From Corallococcus caeni (lineage in GTDB: Bacteria; Myxococcota; Myxococcia; Myxococcales; Myxococcaceae), in assembly GCF_036245885.1 (NCBI RefSeq), contig NZ_BTTX01000008.1: a stretch of DNA of 64,000 nt; one strand, 5' to 3'. Shown here piece by piece: positions 53,971 through 63,537 of this stretch (position 1 is its first letter; the number at the start of each line of letters is the position of its first letter). A program made the position numbers and the translations under genes. Below the pieces are notes generated by a model, which did not search any database, had not been told where the DNA came from, and saw only the letters and a program-made list of their open reading frames with translations.

Positions 53971-56319
53971 ATGGGGCCGCTCGTGAATGCTCCGTCCGCG
54001 CCGTCCCTCGTGTCCCGCCCCTGGTTCGTTCCGGGGATGCTCGGGCTCCTGTGCCTGCTTCACGTCGCCCTGGGGCTGACCCTGCTGCCGGCGTGGATGT
54101 TCGGGAAGTATCCGGACAGCGCCCGCATGCTGACCCTGGGGACGCTGTCCCCGGAGCAGGGCGCGGACTTCAGCCCGCTCTACCTGCTGCTCAACGGGGT
54201 GCTCGCGCCCGGGCCCCTGCGCGTCCTCCAGAGCCTCGCGGGCGCGGTGGGGCTGTGGGCCGTGTACATGCTGGGCTCCCGGATGCTGTCGCGCGCGGCG
54301 GGGCTGCTGGCGGCGGGGCTGCTGGCGGTGACGGTGCCGGTGCTGCTGTACGAAGCCACGCTGGAGCCCGACCTGCTGGTGATGGTGTTCAACCTGGCGG
54401 CGCTGGCGCTGCTGGCCGCCGCGAGCCCGGGCTTCCGGACGCCTTCCGTGGTGGGCGCGGGCGTGCTGCTGGGGCTGTCGGGGGCGACGCGGCCCACGGG
54501 GTTGTTCATCCTGGGGCTCGCGGCGCTGTGGATGGTGCGCGAGGCCTGGGGGCACCCCGGGCGGCGCTGGCTGGCGCCGGGGCTCCTGCTGGTTGTGGGG
54601 TTCGGGGCCTCCGCGCTGCCGACGCTCGTGGTGCGCGCGCGGGTGGGCTCGCAGGTGGGAGCGACAATGAGCGCGGGCGCGGTGCTGCACATGGGCAACC
54701 GGCCGGAGGGCACGGGCCTGGGCGCGCAGCCGCCCACGCTCGTGAAGCAATACGAGGCGCAGCTTCGCTCCGCAGAGCGTCCGGACTACGCCCACCACCT
54801 CTACCGGGAGTTCGCGCGCGCGGACACCGGCCATGCGCTGTCCCCGGCGGACGCGGAGCTGTTCTGGGTGAAGAAGACGCTGGCCTTCGCGGCGTGGGAG
54901 CCCGGCACGTTCCTGGGGCTCATCGGCCGCAAGCTCGCCTTCTTCCTGTTCGGACCGGACGGGCACGACCTGGTGGAGGTGCGTCGCGCGGAGGCGCGGC
55001 TGGCGGCGTGGCCGCTGGTGAGCGCGCAGGCGTTGGGGCTGATGGGACTGGCGGGCCTGCTCATCGCGCTGCTCCGCCGGGTGCGCGTGGGCTGGGGCGT
55101 GCTGTACCTGTTCGCCAGCTCCGTGCTCGCGCTGGGGTTCTACGTGGTGAGCCGCTATCGCGTCGCCGCGCTGCCGGCGTGGGCCCTGTTCGCGGGGGTG
55201 GGCGTGGCGGCGCTGTTCCAGGCGCGACGGCAGCCGCGGGCGCTGGCGGTGTATGGCGGGCTGACGGCGGCGGTCTTCGCGCTGCCGGTGTTGTTTCCCT
55301 TCGTGCGGGACGTGCAGCGGCAGTTCGAGCGCGGTGAGACGAACGCGGCGGAGGCGTCCGCGATGGCCTCCGCGCTGGCGGCGGGGCGCTACGACGAGGC
55401 CACACGCGCGTTCGAGCGGCTTCAGGCGGCGCAGCCCTTCACGGCGCTGCTGCGCCCGCTTCGCGGCGTTCCGTTCGAGTCTCCCGAGGTGGCGGCGCGC
55501 TCCGCGGCGCTGTCGCTCCAGCGGTTTGGCGCGGACACGCCCATGGACCTCTTCTTCATGGCGGAGCTGGCGCGGCGCGCGGGGCACTGCGAGCAGGCGC
55601 TGCCCGCTGCGGAGGCCGCGGCGGAGGCGGGGTTCCGGAGCGTGCTCTACGACACCTCGCTGGATCCCCTGCTGGTGTCCGCGCGGTGCCGGCTGGCCGG
55701 CGGTGAGCGGGAGCAGGCCCTTGCGGATGCGGCGGAGTCGCTGAAGCGGCGCGGCGGCACGCTGGACGCGCTGGCGTTCGCGGTCGCGGGGGCGGAGGCG
55801 TTGGGGGATCCTCGCCGCGACGCGTGGAGCGAGGAGCTGTTCGCGCTGCACGACTCGCTGGATGCCCGGCATGCGCGGGCCTCCGAGCGGCTGGCCTGGG
55901 GCAACGCGGCGGGAGCGCTGGTGGACGCCTCGGAGGTGCTCGCCCTCTTCCCGGACCTGGCGCCCACGGAGTACCTCCGGGCCCGGGCCCTGGCCGCGCT
56001 GGGGCGGAACGCGGAGGCGCTTCGGGCCTATACCGCCGCGCTCCAGCGCACGCCGACCGCCGCGTTCCCCACCGCGCCCATGGAGGGGGCGGTGGCGGCA
56101 GGGCTCGCGGAGGCGCCGGAGGATTGGCGGGTGGTGGCCATCGCCGCGGAGCACCACCTGCGCGCGGGACGACTGGAGCTGGCGCGTGAGCTGTACGCAC
56201 GGGCCTCCGCGCTCTCCCCGAAGGACGCGGGGCTCGCGCGAGCCGCCCGGGACCTGACGGCGGCGACCCCCTCGGGCATCGCGGTGCCACCGCCGCCCAG
56301 CGTCACGCCCCCGCCCTGA
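53971..56319 (+). CDS. Membrane protein with GT39/PMT-like polytopic N-terminal domain fused to a C-terminal TPR domain
   Basis: About 11 TM helices in the first 450 aa, then TPR-like helical repeats. The start is taken at the ATG at 53971 (MGPLVNAPS...). The ORF is open from 53893, inside the terminator. Confidence 0.6.
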   Translation: MGPLVNAPSAPSLVSRPWFVPGMLGLLCLLHVALGLTLLPAWMFGKYPDSARMLTLGTLSPEQGADFSPLYLLLNGVLAPGPLRVLQSLAGAVGLWAVYMLGSRMLSRAAGLLAAGLLAVTVPVLLYEATLEPDLLVMVFNLAALALLAAASPGFRTPSVVGAGVLLGLSGATRPTGLFILGLAALWMVREAWGHPGRRWLAPGLLLVVGFGASALPTLVVRARVGSQVGATMSAGAVLHMGNRPEGTGLGAQPPTLVKQYEAQLRSAERPDYAHHLYREFARADTGHALSPADAELFWVKKTLAFAAWEPGTFLGLIGRKLAFFLFGPDGHDLVEVRRAEARLAAWPLVSAQALGLMGLAGLLIALLRRVRVGWGVLYLFASSVLALGFYVVSRYRVAALPAWALFAGVGVAALFQARRQPRALAVYGGLTAAVFALPVLFPFVRDVQRQFERGETNAAEASAMASALAAGRYDEATRAFERLQAAQPFTALLRPLRGVPFESPEVAARSAALSLQRFGADTPMDLFFMAELARRAGHCEQALPAAEAAAEAGFRSVLYDTSLDPLLVSARCRLAGGEREQALADAAESLKRRGGTLDALAFAVAGAEALGDPRRDAWSEELFALHDSLDARHARASERLAWGNAAGALVDASEVLALFPDLAPTEYLRARALAALGRNAEALRAYTAALQRTPTAAFPTAPMEGAVAAGLAEAPEDWRVVAIAAEHHLRAGRLELARELYARASALSPKDAGLARAARDLTAATPSGIAVPPPPSVTPPP

Positions 56320-56502
56320 CCCCGGCAGCCCCGCTGGCCCACGCAGGCTTCCAAACCTGTCCGACAGTCGGACCGGTTCGTGAGGTGCGCCCCCCACGGG
56401 GTCCACACCTGAGGCCTGTGTGCACGAACCGCCCGTGCGGGTTGCAGGAATCCGGACACCCGGCCCGAGCCCGCGGCTGACGGACGCGCGGAGGGCGCTA
56501 CG

Positions 56503-57480
56503 GTGCCGCCCATGGCCGAGTGCCCCGTGGGCGGTCCCGCCTCCCCTTCCCCTCCTCCCGAACCGCCCTCCGAGGTCGCGCGCACCGTGGCGCTGGAGCG
56601 CGCGGATCCGCTCTCCGTGCTCAACCAGGCCTTCCGCGACGCGTACGCCGCGCGCCGTGAGGCGGTGCTGTCCCGCATGGGCCCCGTCATCGCGCAGATC
56701 GACGACGTGCTCATCCTGCGCAAGGGCGGCCAGCGCTTCGAGGCCCCCGCGCGCACGCGCCGCTACCACGAATACAAGGCCGTCACGCACGTCCCCCTCG
56801 CGCTCCACGTCCTGCTCGCCAGCCAGCAGGACGCGCTCGACGACGACACCCGCACGCGCCTCACCACGCTGCGCGGCCTCATCACCGCGTCAGCCACGAG
56901 CCTGGACACCCGAGGCCTCCCGGCCGAAGCGCTGTCGCGGCAGCACCGGATGCTCGGTGCGTCGCTCGCGCTCGTGGACTCCGTGCTGGCCGCGAACAGC
57001 GTCACGCGGACCCAGCTCTCCACGTTCATCCACGCCCAGGTGCCGGACCTCCTGAAGAACGCGGAGGACTCGGCGAGGGATCAAATCGACACGATGCACG
57101 CGTCGGTCGAAGCCTGGAAGCGGCAGATGACCGCCGAGGAGCGCGGCCAGCTTCGCGCGGTGGTGGCCGCCTCGCACATGTCGCGGCCCGGCAACGTGGC
57201 GGCGCAGTACTTCTCCATCACCCTGGGCGACACCTGGGAGGGGCGCTTCCACGAGGAGGATCCGCAGCCCGGCAAGCGCGTCCTCTCCTCGGAGGCGACG
57301 TTCGACGAGCCCGCGGCGTTCTCGCTGCTCGCCACGCACGTGCTGGACGCGCGCACGTCGCGCGGCATCTTCGGCGAGGAGACGCGCATGGCCCGGGACC
57401 TGCTCGCGGACGCGGCCGAGCGAATCCTCGCGGACATGTTCCACACGTCGCCCCAGCCGCCCGGCACGAGCACGCCGTAG
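56503..57480 (+). CDS. Hypothetical protein (325 aa)
   Basis: GGAGGG lies 6 nt upstream of the GTG at 56503 (alternative ATG at 56512). Protein-like helical composition. No family recognised. Confidence 0.45.
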   Translation: MPPMAECPVGGPASPSPPPEPPSEVARTVALERADPLSVLNQAFRDAYAARREAVLSRMGPVIAQIDDVLILRKGGQRFEAPARTRRYHEYKAVTHVPLALHVLLASQQDALDDDTRTRLTTLRGLITASATSLDTRGLPAEALSRQHRMLGASLALVDSVLAANSVTRTQLSTFIHAQVPDLLKNAEDSARDQIDTMHASVEAWKRQMTAEERGQLRAVVAASHMSRPGNVAAQYFSITLGDTWEGRFHEEDPQPGKRVLSSEATFDEPAAFSLLATHVLDARTSRGIFGEETRMARDLLADAAERILADMFHTSPQPPGTSTP

Positions 57481-57484
57481 TGGC

Positions 57485-59176
57485 TCAGGGCCGCGTGAGC
57501 GGAAGCTCCACCTCGAACGTCGCGCCCTCGCCCAGGCGGCTGTCCACGGACACGCTGCCGCCCTCGGCCTCCACGATGGTGCGGGTGAGGTAGAGCCCCA
57601 GCCCCAGGCCGCCGTAGTGGCGCTCGGACACCGCGCGGCCGTAGCGCTCGAAGAGGCGGGGCCGCTGCTCCTTCGAGATGCCGATGCCGCCGTCGCGCAC
57701 CGTGATCCGGACCCTGGACCCATCCACCACGAGCCCCAAGGACACCGGCGTGCCGGCGCCGTACTTGAGGGCGTTGTCCAGCAGGTGATCCAACACCTGC
57801 GCCAGGCGTGAGCGGTCGAAGCTGCCGTGCACCGGCTCCGGGGCCTCCACGCGGAAGTCGCAGTGCTCCACGGCGAACCTGGGCGCGAACCGCGCGGCCG
57901 CCTCGCGCACCACCTCCGCGACGTCCACGTCCTCGCGCTGCAGACGGAAGGTGCCGGCGCTGATGCGCGACACGTCCAGCAGGTCGTTCATCAACTCCGT
58001 GAGCCGGCGGACCTGGCGGTGCCCCGTCTCCACGTGCGCCTCGATGACGGGCGCGAGCGGCGAGTCCGGGTGCGCCTTCACCGCGCGCGAGAGCGCCTGG
58101 AGCTTCAGGCTCAGCGGCGTCAGCGGCGTCTTCAGTTCATGGCTCGCGACGGACAGGAACTCGTCGCGCAGGCGGATGGCGTCGCGCGCGCCCTGGAGCA
58201 GCCGCGCGTTGTCCACCGCGAGCGCGGCCAGGTTCGCCAGCTCCTGGGCGAACTGGAGATCCTCGTCGCCATAGCGGCGCCCGGAGGTGGTGACCAGGAA
58301 GGTCAGCGCCCCCAGGATGTGGCCCCGGGCCAGCAGCGGCACCGTGAGCAGCGACCGCATGCCCAACGTGCGCATGGCCACCAGATGGTTCACGTCCTGC
58401 GCCACGGCCTCCATCAGCGCGTCGGTGACCTCCGGCACGACGGTGGACCGGCCGGTGGCCAGCGCCACCGCGGGAGGATAGACGGGCCGCTCGCGGGGCA
58501 CCGGCGGCAGCTGTTGCACCGCCGCCGCGAGCGAAGTCAGCGCCGGATCCTCCGTCACCACCTGGACGCGCTCGAAGTGCCCGTCCGGATGCAGCACGTC
58601 CACGATGCACCAGTCCGCGAGCTTCCCCACCGACAGGTTCGCCAGCGACGCGAGCGTGGCGCCAGCGTCCAGCGACGACGAGAACAGCTCGCTGGCCCGC
58701 GCCAGGAACGCGGCACGCTCCTCGCCCAGGGCCTGCGCCTGGATGTCGATGCAGGTGCCCACCCACTCGCGCACGGCGCCATCCGGCCCCAGCACCGGCA
58801 TGCCCCGGGCGAGCATCCACACGTAGGTGCCGTCCGCGCGGCGCAGCCGGTAGCGCGTGGAGAACAGCTGCTTCGCGGCCGTGGCCTGCTCCCACGCCGC
58901 CAGCGCCCCTTCCCGGTCGTCCGGATGCACGGCCTGGAGCCAGCCCCGGTTGCGCAGCTGTTCCGTGGGCTGTCCGGTGAAGGCCGTCCACGAGGGCGAG
59001 AGGGGCGACCGCGCGTCGTCCAGGCGGTCCGTCCAGGTCACGGTCGCCGCGGTCTCCAGCAGCCGGCGGAGCCGTTCGGCCTCCTGGCGCAGCAGCGCCA
59101 CCTCCTCGCGCAATGCCGCCTCCGCGCTGGTGGCGGGAGCGAAGGGACCGTCTGGCTTGACGAGGGGGGACGTCAT
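57485..59176 (-). CDS. Cytoplasmic sensor histidine kinase (PAS, GAF, HisKA and HATPase_c domains)
   Basis: PAS (WLQAVHPDDRE...YVWMLARGMPV), a GAF-like region, H-box SVASHELKTPL, N-box LDNALKYG, G1 DGGIGI and G2 GGLGLGL. Confidence 0.9.
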   Translation of the reverse strand: MTSPLVKPDGPFAPATSAEAALREEVALLRQEAERLRRLLETAATVTWTDRLDDARSPLSPSWTAFTGQPTEQLRNRGWLQAVHPDDREGALAAWEQATAAKQLFSTRYRLRRADGTYVWMLARGMPVLGPDGAVREWVGTCIDIQAQALGEERAAFLARASELFSSSLDAGATLASLANLSVGKLADWCIVDVLHPDGHFERVQVVTEDPALTSLAAAVQQLPPVPRERPVYPPAVALATGRSTVVPEVTDALMEAVAQDVNHLVAMRTLGMRSLLTVPLLARGHILGALTFLVTTSGRRYGDEDLQFAQELANLAALAVDNARLLQGARDAIRLRDEFLSVASHELKTPLTPLSLKLQALSRAVKAHPDSPLAPVIEAHVETGHRQVRRLTELMNDLLDVSRISAGTFRLQREDVDVAEVVREAAARFAPRFAVEHCDFRVEAPEPVHGSFDRSRLAQVLDHLLDNALKYGAGTPVSLGLVVDGSRVRITVRDGGIGISKEQRPRLFERYGRAVSERHYGGLGLGLYLTRTIVEAEGGSVSVDSRLGEGATFEVELPLTRP

Positions 59177-59185
59177 CGGCGGGCC

Positions 59186-60202
59186 TCAGTACACGTTGTA
59201 CTTGGCCCGCAGTGCTTCGTGTTCCTGCGCGTTGCGGGACGGGTGCAGGACCTTCTGCGCGTCGTGCAGGTAGTACCAGAAGTCGCTCTTCACCGGCCGC
59301 AGCGCGGCGAGCAGCGAGTCCACCGTGGGCGCGCCAATGGGGCCCGGCGGCAGGCCCGCGCGGGTGCGCGAGTTCCACGGATCCGAGTTGTCCCGCAGCC
59401 GCTTGAGGAACGCCTTGCGGTCGTTCCACTCCGCGAGCTCGTAGCGGCTCGTCGCGTCCACGCCCAGCGGGAAGCCCTTGTCCACGCGCTTCCAGAGGAT
59501 GCCCGCCACGAGCGCGCGCTGGGACGGCACCGGCTCCTCGCGCTCCAGCATGGAGGCCATCACGACGATGTCGTGCAGCGACCGGCCGCTCTTGGCGATC
59601 TCCTCCTGGTGCGCGTCGTAGAAGCGGGCGCGGAAGGTGTCGATCTGCCGCTGGATGAACGCCTCCACCTTGAAGTTCTCCGCGACGATGCCGTACGTCT
59701 CCGGGTACAGGTAGCCCTCCAGGCTGCGCGTGGGCAGCGGGAACGGCGCGGCGAAGCGGTCCGGGCGGCTGGCCGCGGCGATGTACTCGCCCGGCTTGAT
59801 GAGGCCCTGGGCGGCGAGCACCTGGTCGGTGTCGCGCAGGCGCCAGCCTTCAATCATGGCGAAGGGCACGTCCTCCGGCAGCGGCGGGCCTTCCAGCGCG
59901 GTGGCCAGCTCCGCCACGGACGCGGTGGGGCTCAGCATGAAGCGGCCGGCCTTCACGTTGAGGCTGCCCCGGCGCCACAGGTGGAAGCGCCACACGGTGG
60001 GGTCGTCCAGGAAGCCCTGGGCCTGGAGCTGCTGGCCCAGCGAGCGCGCGGACGCGCCCTTCTTCACGATGAACTCCTTGGGCGCCGGGTCCGCCGCGGC
60101 GTGCGGCGCGGTGGTGGAGTTCTGGAAGTGCATGAACGCTCCGCCCACACCCGCGACCGCCAGGACGATGAGCACGAGGAGCGCGACCAGGATCTTCTTC
60201 AT
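59186..60202 (-). CDS. mltG: Endolytic murein transglycosylase MltG (YceG-like)
   Basis: N-terminal TM (MKKILVALLVLIVLAVAGVGGA). YceG-like motifs LEGYLYPETY and WNSRTRAGLPPGPIGAP. The ORF is open to 60502, but the upstream part is junk. Confidence 0.85.
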   Translation of the reverse strand: MKKILVALLVLIVLAVAGVGGAFMHFQNSTTAPHAAADPAPKEFIVKKGASARSLGQQLQAQGFLDDPTVWRFHLWRRGSLNVKAGRFMLSPTASVAELATALEGPPLPEDVPFAMIEGWRLRDTDQVLAAQGLIKPGEYIAAASRPDRFAAPFPLPTRSLEGYLYPETYGIVAENFKVEAFIQRQIDTFRARFYDAHQEEIAKSGRSLHDIVVMASMLEREEPVPSQRALVAGILWKRVDKGFPLGVDATSRYELAEWNDRKAFLKRLRDNSDPWNSRTRAGLPPGPIGAPTVDSLLAALRPVKSDFWYYLHDAQKVLHPSRNAQEHEALRAKYNVY

Positions 60203-60335
60203 GGGGCGGCAACCTATCAAAGGCCCTGACGCTTCCAATGAGAACCACCTGCCGCGCGGCCGGGCAGGCGGACGCAAGCGCCCCCTTCTCAACACCCACC
60301 GATGAGGGGGCCCCTTCCTCCAGGCGTCGTCTAGG

Positions 60336-61250
60336 ATGGCGGCCTTGTTCGTCGATCCCCGCCGGCTCGAAACCTTCCGTGTCGTCGCGACGACCGGGCA
60401 GATCTCCGCCGCCTCGCGCCTGCTCCACCTGTCGCAGCCCGCCGTGACGGCGCAGATCCGCCAGCTGGAAGCGGACTGCGGCCAGCCGCTCCTCGTGCGC
60501 ACCGCCAGGGGCGTGCGCTTGAACGCGGCGGGGCGCGTGCTCCTCGATTACGCCCAGCGCATCCACGGCCTGCTGGACGAGGCGGCGCTCGCCATCGCCG
60601 CGGAGGAGACGCTCCAGGGCGAGCTGGCGCTGGCGGCCAGCACCACCATCGCCGGCGCCATCGTGCCCGGCCTCCTGGCGTCGTTCCTGCGCACCCACCG
60701 GGATCTCCAGGTCCGTCTGGAAGTGGGCAATACGCGCGAGGTGCTGGCGTGGCTCGCGGAGGGCCGGGTGCCGCTCGGGCTCGTGGAGGGGCACGCGCGG
60801 GCGCCGCGCATCCGGCTGGAGCGCTACCTGGACGACGAACTGGTGCCGGTCGTCGCGTCACAGGGGCCGCCGGAGTGGCTGCGCATCCGCACGCTCGACG
60901 CCCTGAAGCGAGTGCCGCTGCTCTGGAGGGAGCAGGGCTCCGGCACCCGCGCGGTGCTGGACCGGGCCCTGCGCAAGGCGGGCGTGCGCAAGGGCCCCCA
61001 GCCGGGAGACCTCCAGCTGGGGAGCACCGAGGCCATCAAGAAGGCCCTGGCGCTGGGCCTGGGCGTGGCGCTGCTGTCGCGCTGGAGCATCCACGGCGAG
61101 CTGTCCCTGGGGCGCTTCCAGGTGCTGCCCGTGCCGGGGCTGCGCATCGCGCGCGCGTTCTCCTGGGCCCTGCCCGTGGACGAACCGTCGGGCGTCGCGG
61201 GCCGCTTCCTGCGCCACGCGCGCGCCGCGCCTCCCGTGCTGTTGCCCTGA
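60336..61250 (+). CDS. LysR-family transcriptional regulator
   Basis: N-terminal HTH (LETFRVVATTGQISAASRLLHLSQPAVTAQIRQLE) plus a substrate-binding domain. 304 aa. Confidence 0.9.
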   Translation: MAALFVDPRRLETFRVVATTGQISAASRLLHLSQPAVTAQIRQLEADCGQPLLVRTARGVRLNAAGRVLLDYAQRIHGLLDEAALAIAAEETLQGELALAASTTIAGAIVPGLLASFLRTHRDLQVRLEVGNTREVLAWLAEGRVPLGLVEGHARAPRIRLERYLDDELVPVVASQGPPEWLRIRTLDALKRVPLLWREQGSGTRAVLDRALRKAGVRKGPQPGDLQLGSTEAIKKALALGLGVALLSRWSIHGELSLGRFQVLPVPGLRIARAFSWALPVDEPSGVAGRFLRHARAAPPVLLP

Positions 61251-61307
61251 AGCCCTCGCGGTGCGACCGGCCGTGGCCCCGGCGCCACCGGGCCTGGCCG
61301 CACGGGC

Positions 61308-62300
61308 TCAGCCGACCCAGCCCAGGTGCAGCGCCCCCAGGCACAGGCCCGCCATGAGCAGCCACAGCGCCACCGCCTGCGCGAGCGGCCGGAGCCCCAC
61401 GGCGCGCAGCGTGTCGCGCGTCAGCCCCGCGCCCAGCAGGAACAGCGTCACGACGAGCACCTGCCGCGCGACGGCGGCCACGCCCTGCCCCACCGGCTTG
61501 AGCGCCGGGAACACCGTCACCACCGCGGCCGCGCCCAGGAACCCGGCGATGAACCACGGCCGGCGCACCTTGCCCGTCACAGCATCGCCTTCACGCCGCT
61601 TCCATGCCGCCAGGCCCACCGTCAGCGGGAGGATCCACAGGGCGCGTGCCAGCTTCACGGGGGTGGCCACCGCGAGGGCCTCGGGGCCGTAGCGCAGCGC
61701 CGCGCCCACCACGGAGCTGGTGTCGTGGATGGCCATCGCGCACCACAGCCCGAACTGGTGCGGCGTCAGCCCCACCGCGTGTCCCACGACGGGGAAGACG
61801 AACAGCGCCACCGCGTTGAGCAGGAACACCGTGCCCAGCGCCACGGACGTCTCGTACTCCTGGGGCCGCAGCACCGGGACCACCGCCGCGATGGCGCTCC
61901 CGCCGCAGATGGCCGTGCCCACGCTGATGAGCAGCCCCGTCACCCGGGGGACGCCCAGCAGCCGGGCGAGCCCCACCCCCAGCGTGAGGCACAGCGCGAT
62001 GCCCACCACCGTGTAGCCCAGCCCCTCGCGCCCCGCGGAGAGGACGGCGCCCAGGTCCATGCCCGCGCCCAGCCCCACCACCGCCAGGGACAACAGCCGG
62101 GGCGTCAGCTTGCGCGTCGTCGCGACGAACGGATTGCCCACCGTCATGGCGACGCCCAGCCCCGCGAGCAGCGCCAGGCCCGTGGAGACAACGGGGAGCA
62201 GGCACACCGCCGCGCCCAGCGGCAGGAGGACGTGCCCGGGCGTCCACGACCGGGACCGGGCGACAGGGGCCAGCGGAGGCGTTTCCATGCGCCAGGACAT
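61308..62300 (-). CDS. YeiH/UPF0324-family putative sulfate exporter-type membrane transporter
   Basis: Polytopic membrane protein with YeiH-like conserved segments (AIAAVVPVL, HDTSSVVGAA). ~330 aa. Confidence 0.7.
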   Translation of the reverse strand: MSWRMETPPLAPVARSRSWTPGHVLLPLGAAVCLLPVVSTGLALLAGLGVAMTVGNPFVATTRKLTPRLLSLAVVGLGAGMDLGAVLSAGREGLGYTVVGIALCLTLGVGLARLLGVPRVTGLLISVGTAICGGSAIAAVVPVLRPQEYETSVALGTVFLLNAVALFVFPVVGHAVGLTPHQFGLWCAMAIHDTSSVVGAALRYGPEALAVATPVKLARALWILPLTVGLAAWKRREGDAVTGKVRRPWFIAGFLGAAAVVTVFPALKPVGQGVAAVARQVLVVTLFLLGAGLTRDTLRAVGLRPLAQAVALWLLMAGLCLGALHLGWVG

Positions 62301-62345
62301 GCCCCTGGCGGCCTCCGGACACCAGATGGCAGAAGCGATGGGCTA

Positions 62346-63146
62346 TCAGCTTTCTGGATGGCTCCCGGAGATGTGCAGGGACAGCTCGCTCGGAGTGAGG
62401 ACTTCGCAGCCGTCGCGGGTGACGAGCACGGTGTGTTCGAACTGGGCGGACAGGCTGCCGTCCGCGGTCACGACGGTCCACCCGTCCGGCATCATCCGGA
62501 TCTCCGGGCGGCCCAGGTTCACCATGGGCTCGATGGTGATGACCATCCCCGACTTCAGCGTGATGCCCGTGCCCGCCTTCGCCACGTGCGGCACGTGCGG
62601 CTCCCCGTGCATCTGCCGGCCGATGCCGTGGCCGCCGAACTCCTCCACGATGCTGCACCCCTCCGCCTTCGCCAGCGCCATCACCGCCGCGCCAATGTCC
62701 CCCAGCCGCGCGCCGTGCCGCACCACCGACACGCCCACGTCCCGGCACCGCCGCGCCACGTCCACGACGTGCCGGGCATCGGCGGACACCTCGCCAATCA
62801 TGAACGTGGCGGACGTGTCGCCGTGGAAGCCGTCCAGGTGCGTCGTCACGTCCACGTTGAGGATGTCCCCGGGCTTCAGGACTTCATCCGTGCGCGGGAT
62901 GCCATGGCACACCACCTGGTTGCGGCTGGTGCACACCGTGGAGGGGAAGCCCTTGTATCCCAGCTGGCTCGGCGTGCCGCCGCGCCGCGCCGTGTCCTCG
63001 CGAACCCACGCGTCGATGTCCGCCGTCGTCACGCCCGGCCGGAGCCGGGAGGCCACGTGCGCCAACGTGCCCGCCGCCGCGCGGCCCGCGAGCCGCAACC
63101 GCTCCACTTCACTGCCCTTGAAGAGGGGAATGCCCATGCCGGGCAA
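62346..63146 (-). CDS. map: Type I methionine aminopeptidase
   Basis: Metal-binding residues in context: D in NVDVT, DGFHGD, HGIGRQMHE and ITIEPM. 266 aa. Confidence 0.95.
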   Translation of the reverse strand: MPGMGIPLFKGSEVERLRLAGRAAAGTLAHVASRLRPGVTTADIDAWVREDTARRGGTPSQLGYKGFPSTVCTSRNQVVCHGIPRTDEVLKPGDILNVDVTTHLDGFHGDTSATFMIGEVSADARHVVDVARRCRDVGVSVVRHGARLGDIGAAVMALAKAEGCSIVEEFGGHGIGRQMHGEPHVPHVAKAGTGITLKSGMVITIEPMVNLGRPEIRMMPDGWTVVTADGSLSAQFEHTVLVTRDGCEVLTPSELSLHISGSHPES

Positions 63147-63237
63147 GGTGGCACCCGCCCTTCCGGAACGTCCAATGCTGTTCTGGCATCACGCGGGCGC
63201 GTGCACGGCGCGCTCGTCTCGCGCTAGCCTCGCGCGC

Positions 63238-63531
63238 GTGAGCATCACGCACCTCCAGTCCTTCGTCGCGGTGGCGGAAGAGGGCCACGTGGGCCGGGCC
63301 GCGCGCCGGCTGCACATCACCCAGCCGCCGCTCAGCCGTCACATCCTCGCGCTGGAGGACGAGCTGGGCACGCCCCTCTTCGAGCGCGTCCCCAAGGGCA
63401 TGCGCCTGCTGCCCACCGGCGAGGCCCTGCTCCAGCACGCGCGCCGCATCCTCGAAGAGGTGGAGGTCGCGGCCCGCACCGTGCGCGAGGCGGCCCAAGG
63501 CTCCGGAGCCTCCAAGCCGCCTCCCACCTGA
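63238..63531 (+). pseudogene. LysR-family HTH-only fragment (98 codons; truncated regulator or remnant)
   Basis: GTG-initiated VSITHLQSFVAVAEEGHVGRAARRLHITQPPLSRHILALEDELGTPLFERVPKGMRLLPTGEALL is a canonical LysR N-terminal HTH. The frame stops after about 98 aa, and the next gene is convergent only 7 bp away, so there is no room for a co-inducer-binding domain. Confidence 0.45.
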
Positions 63532-63537
63532 CCCGCG

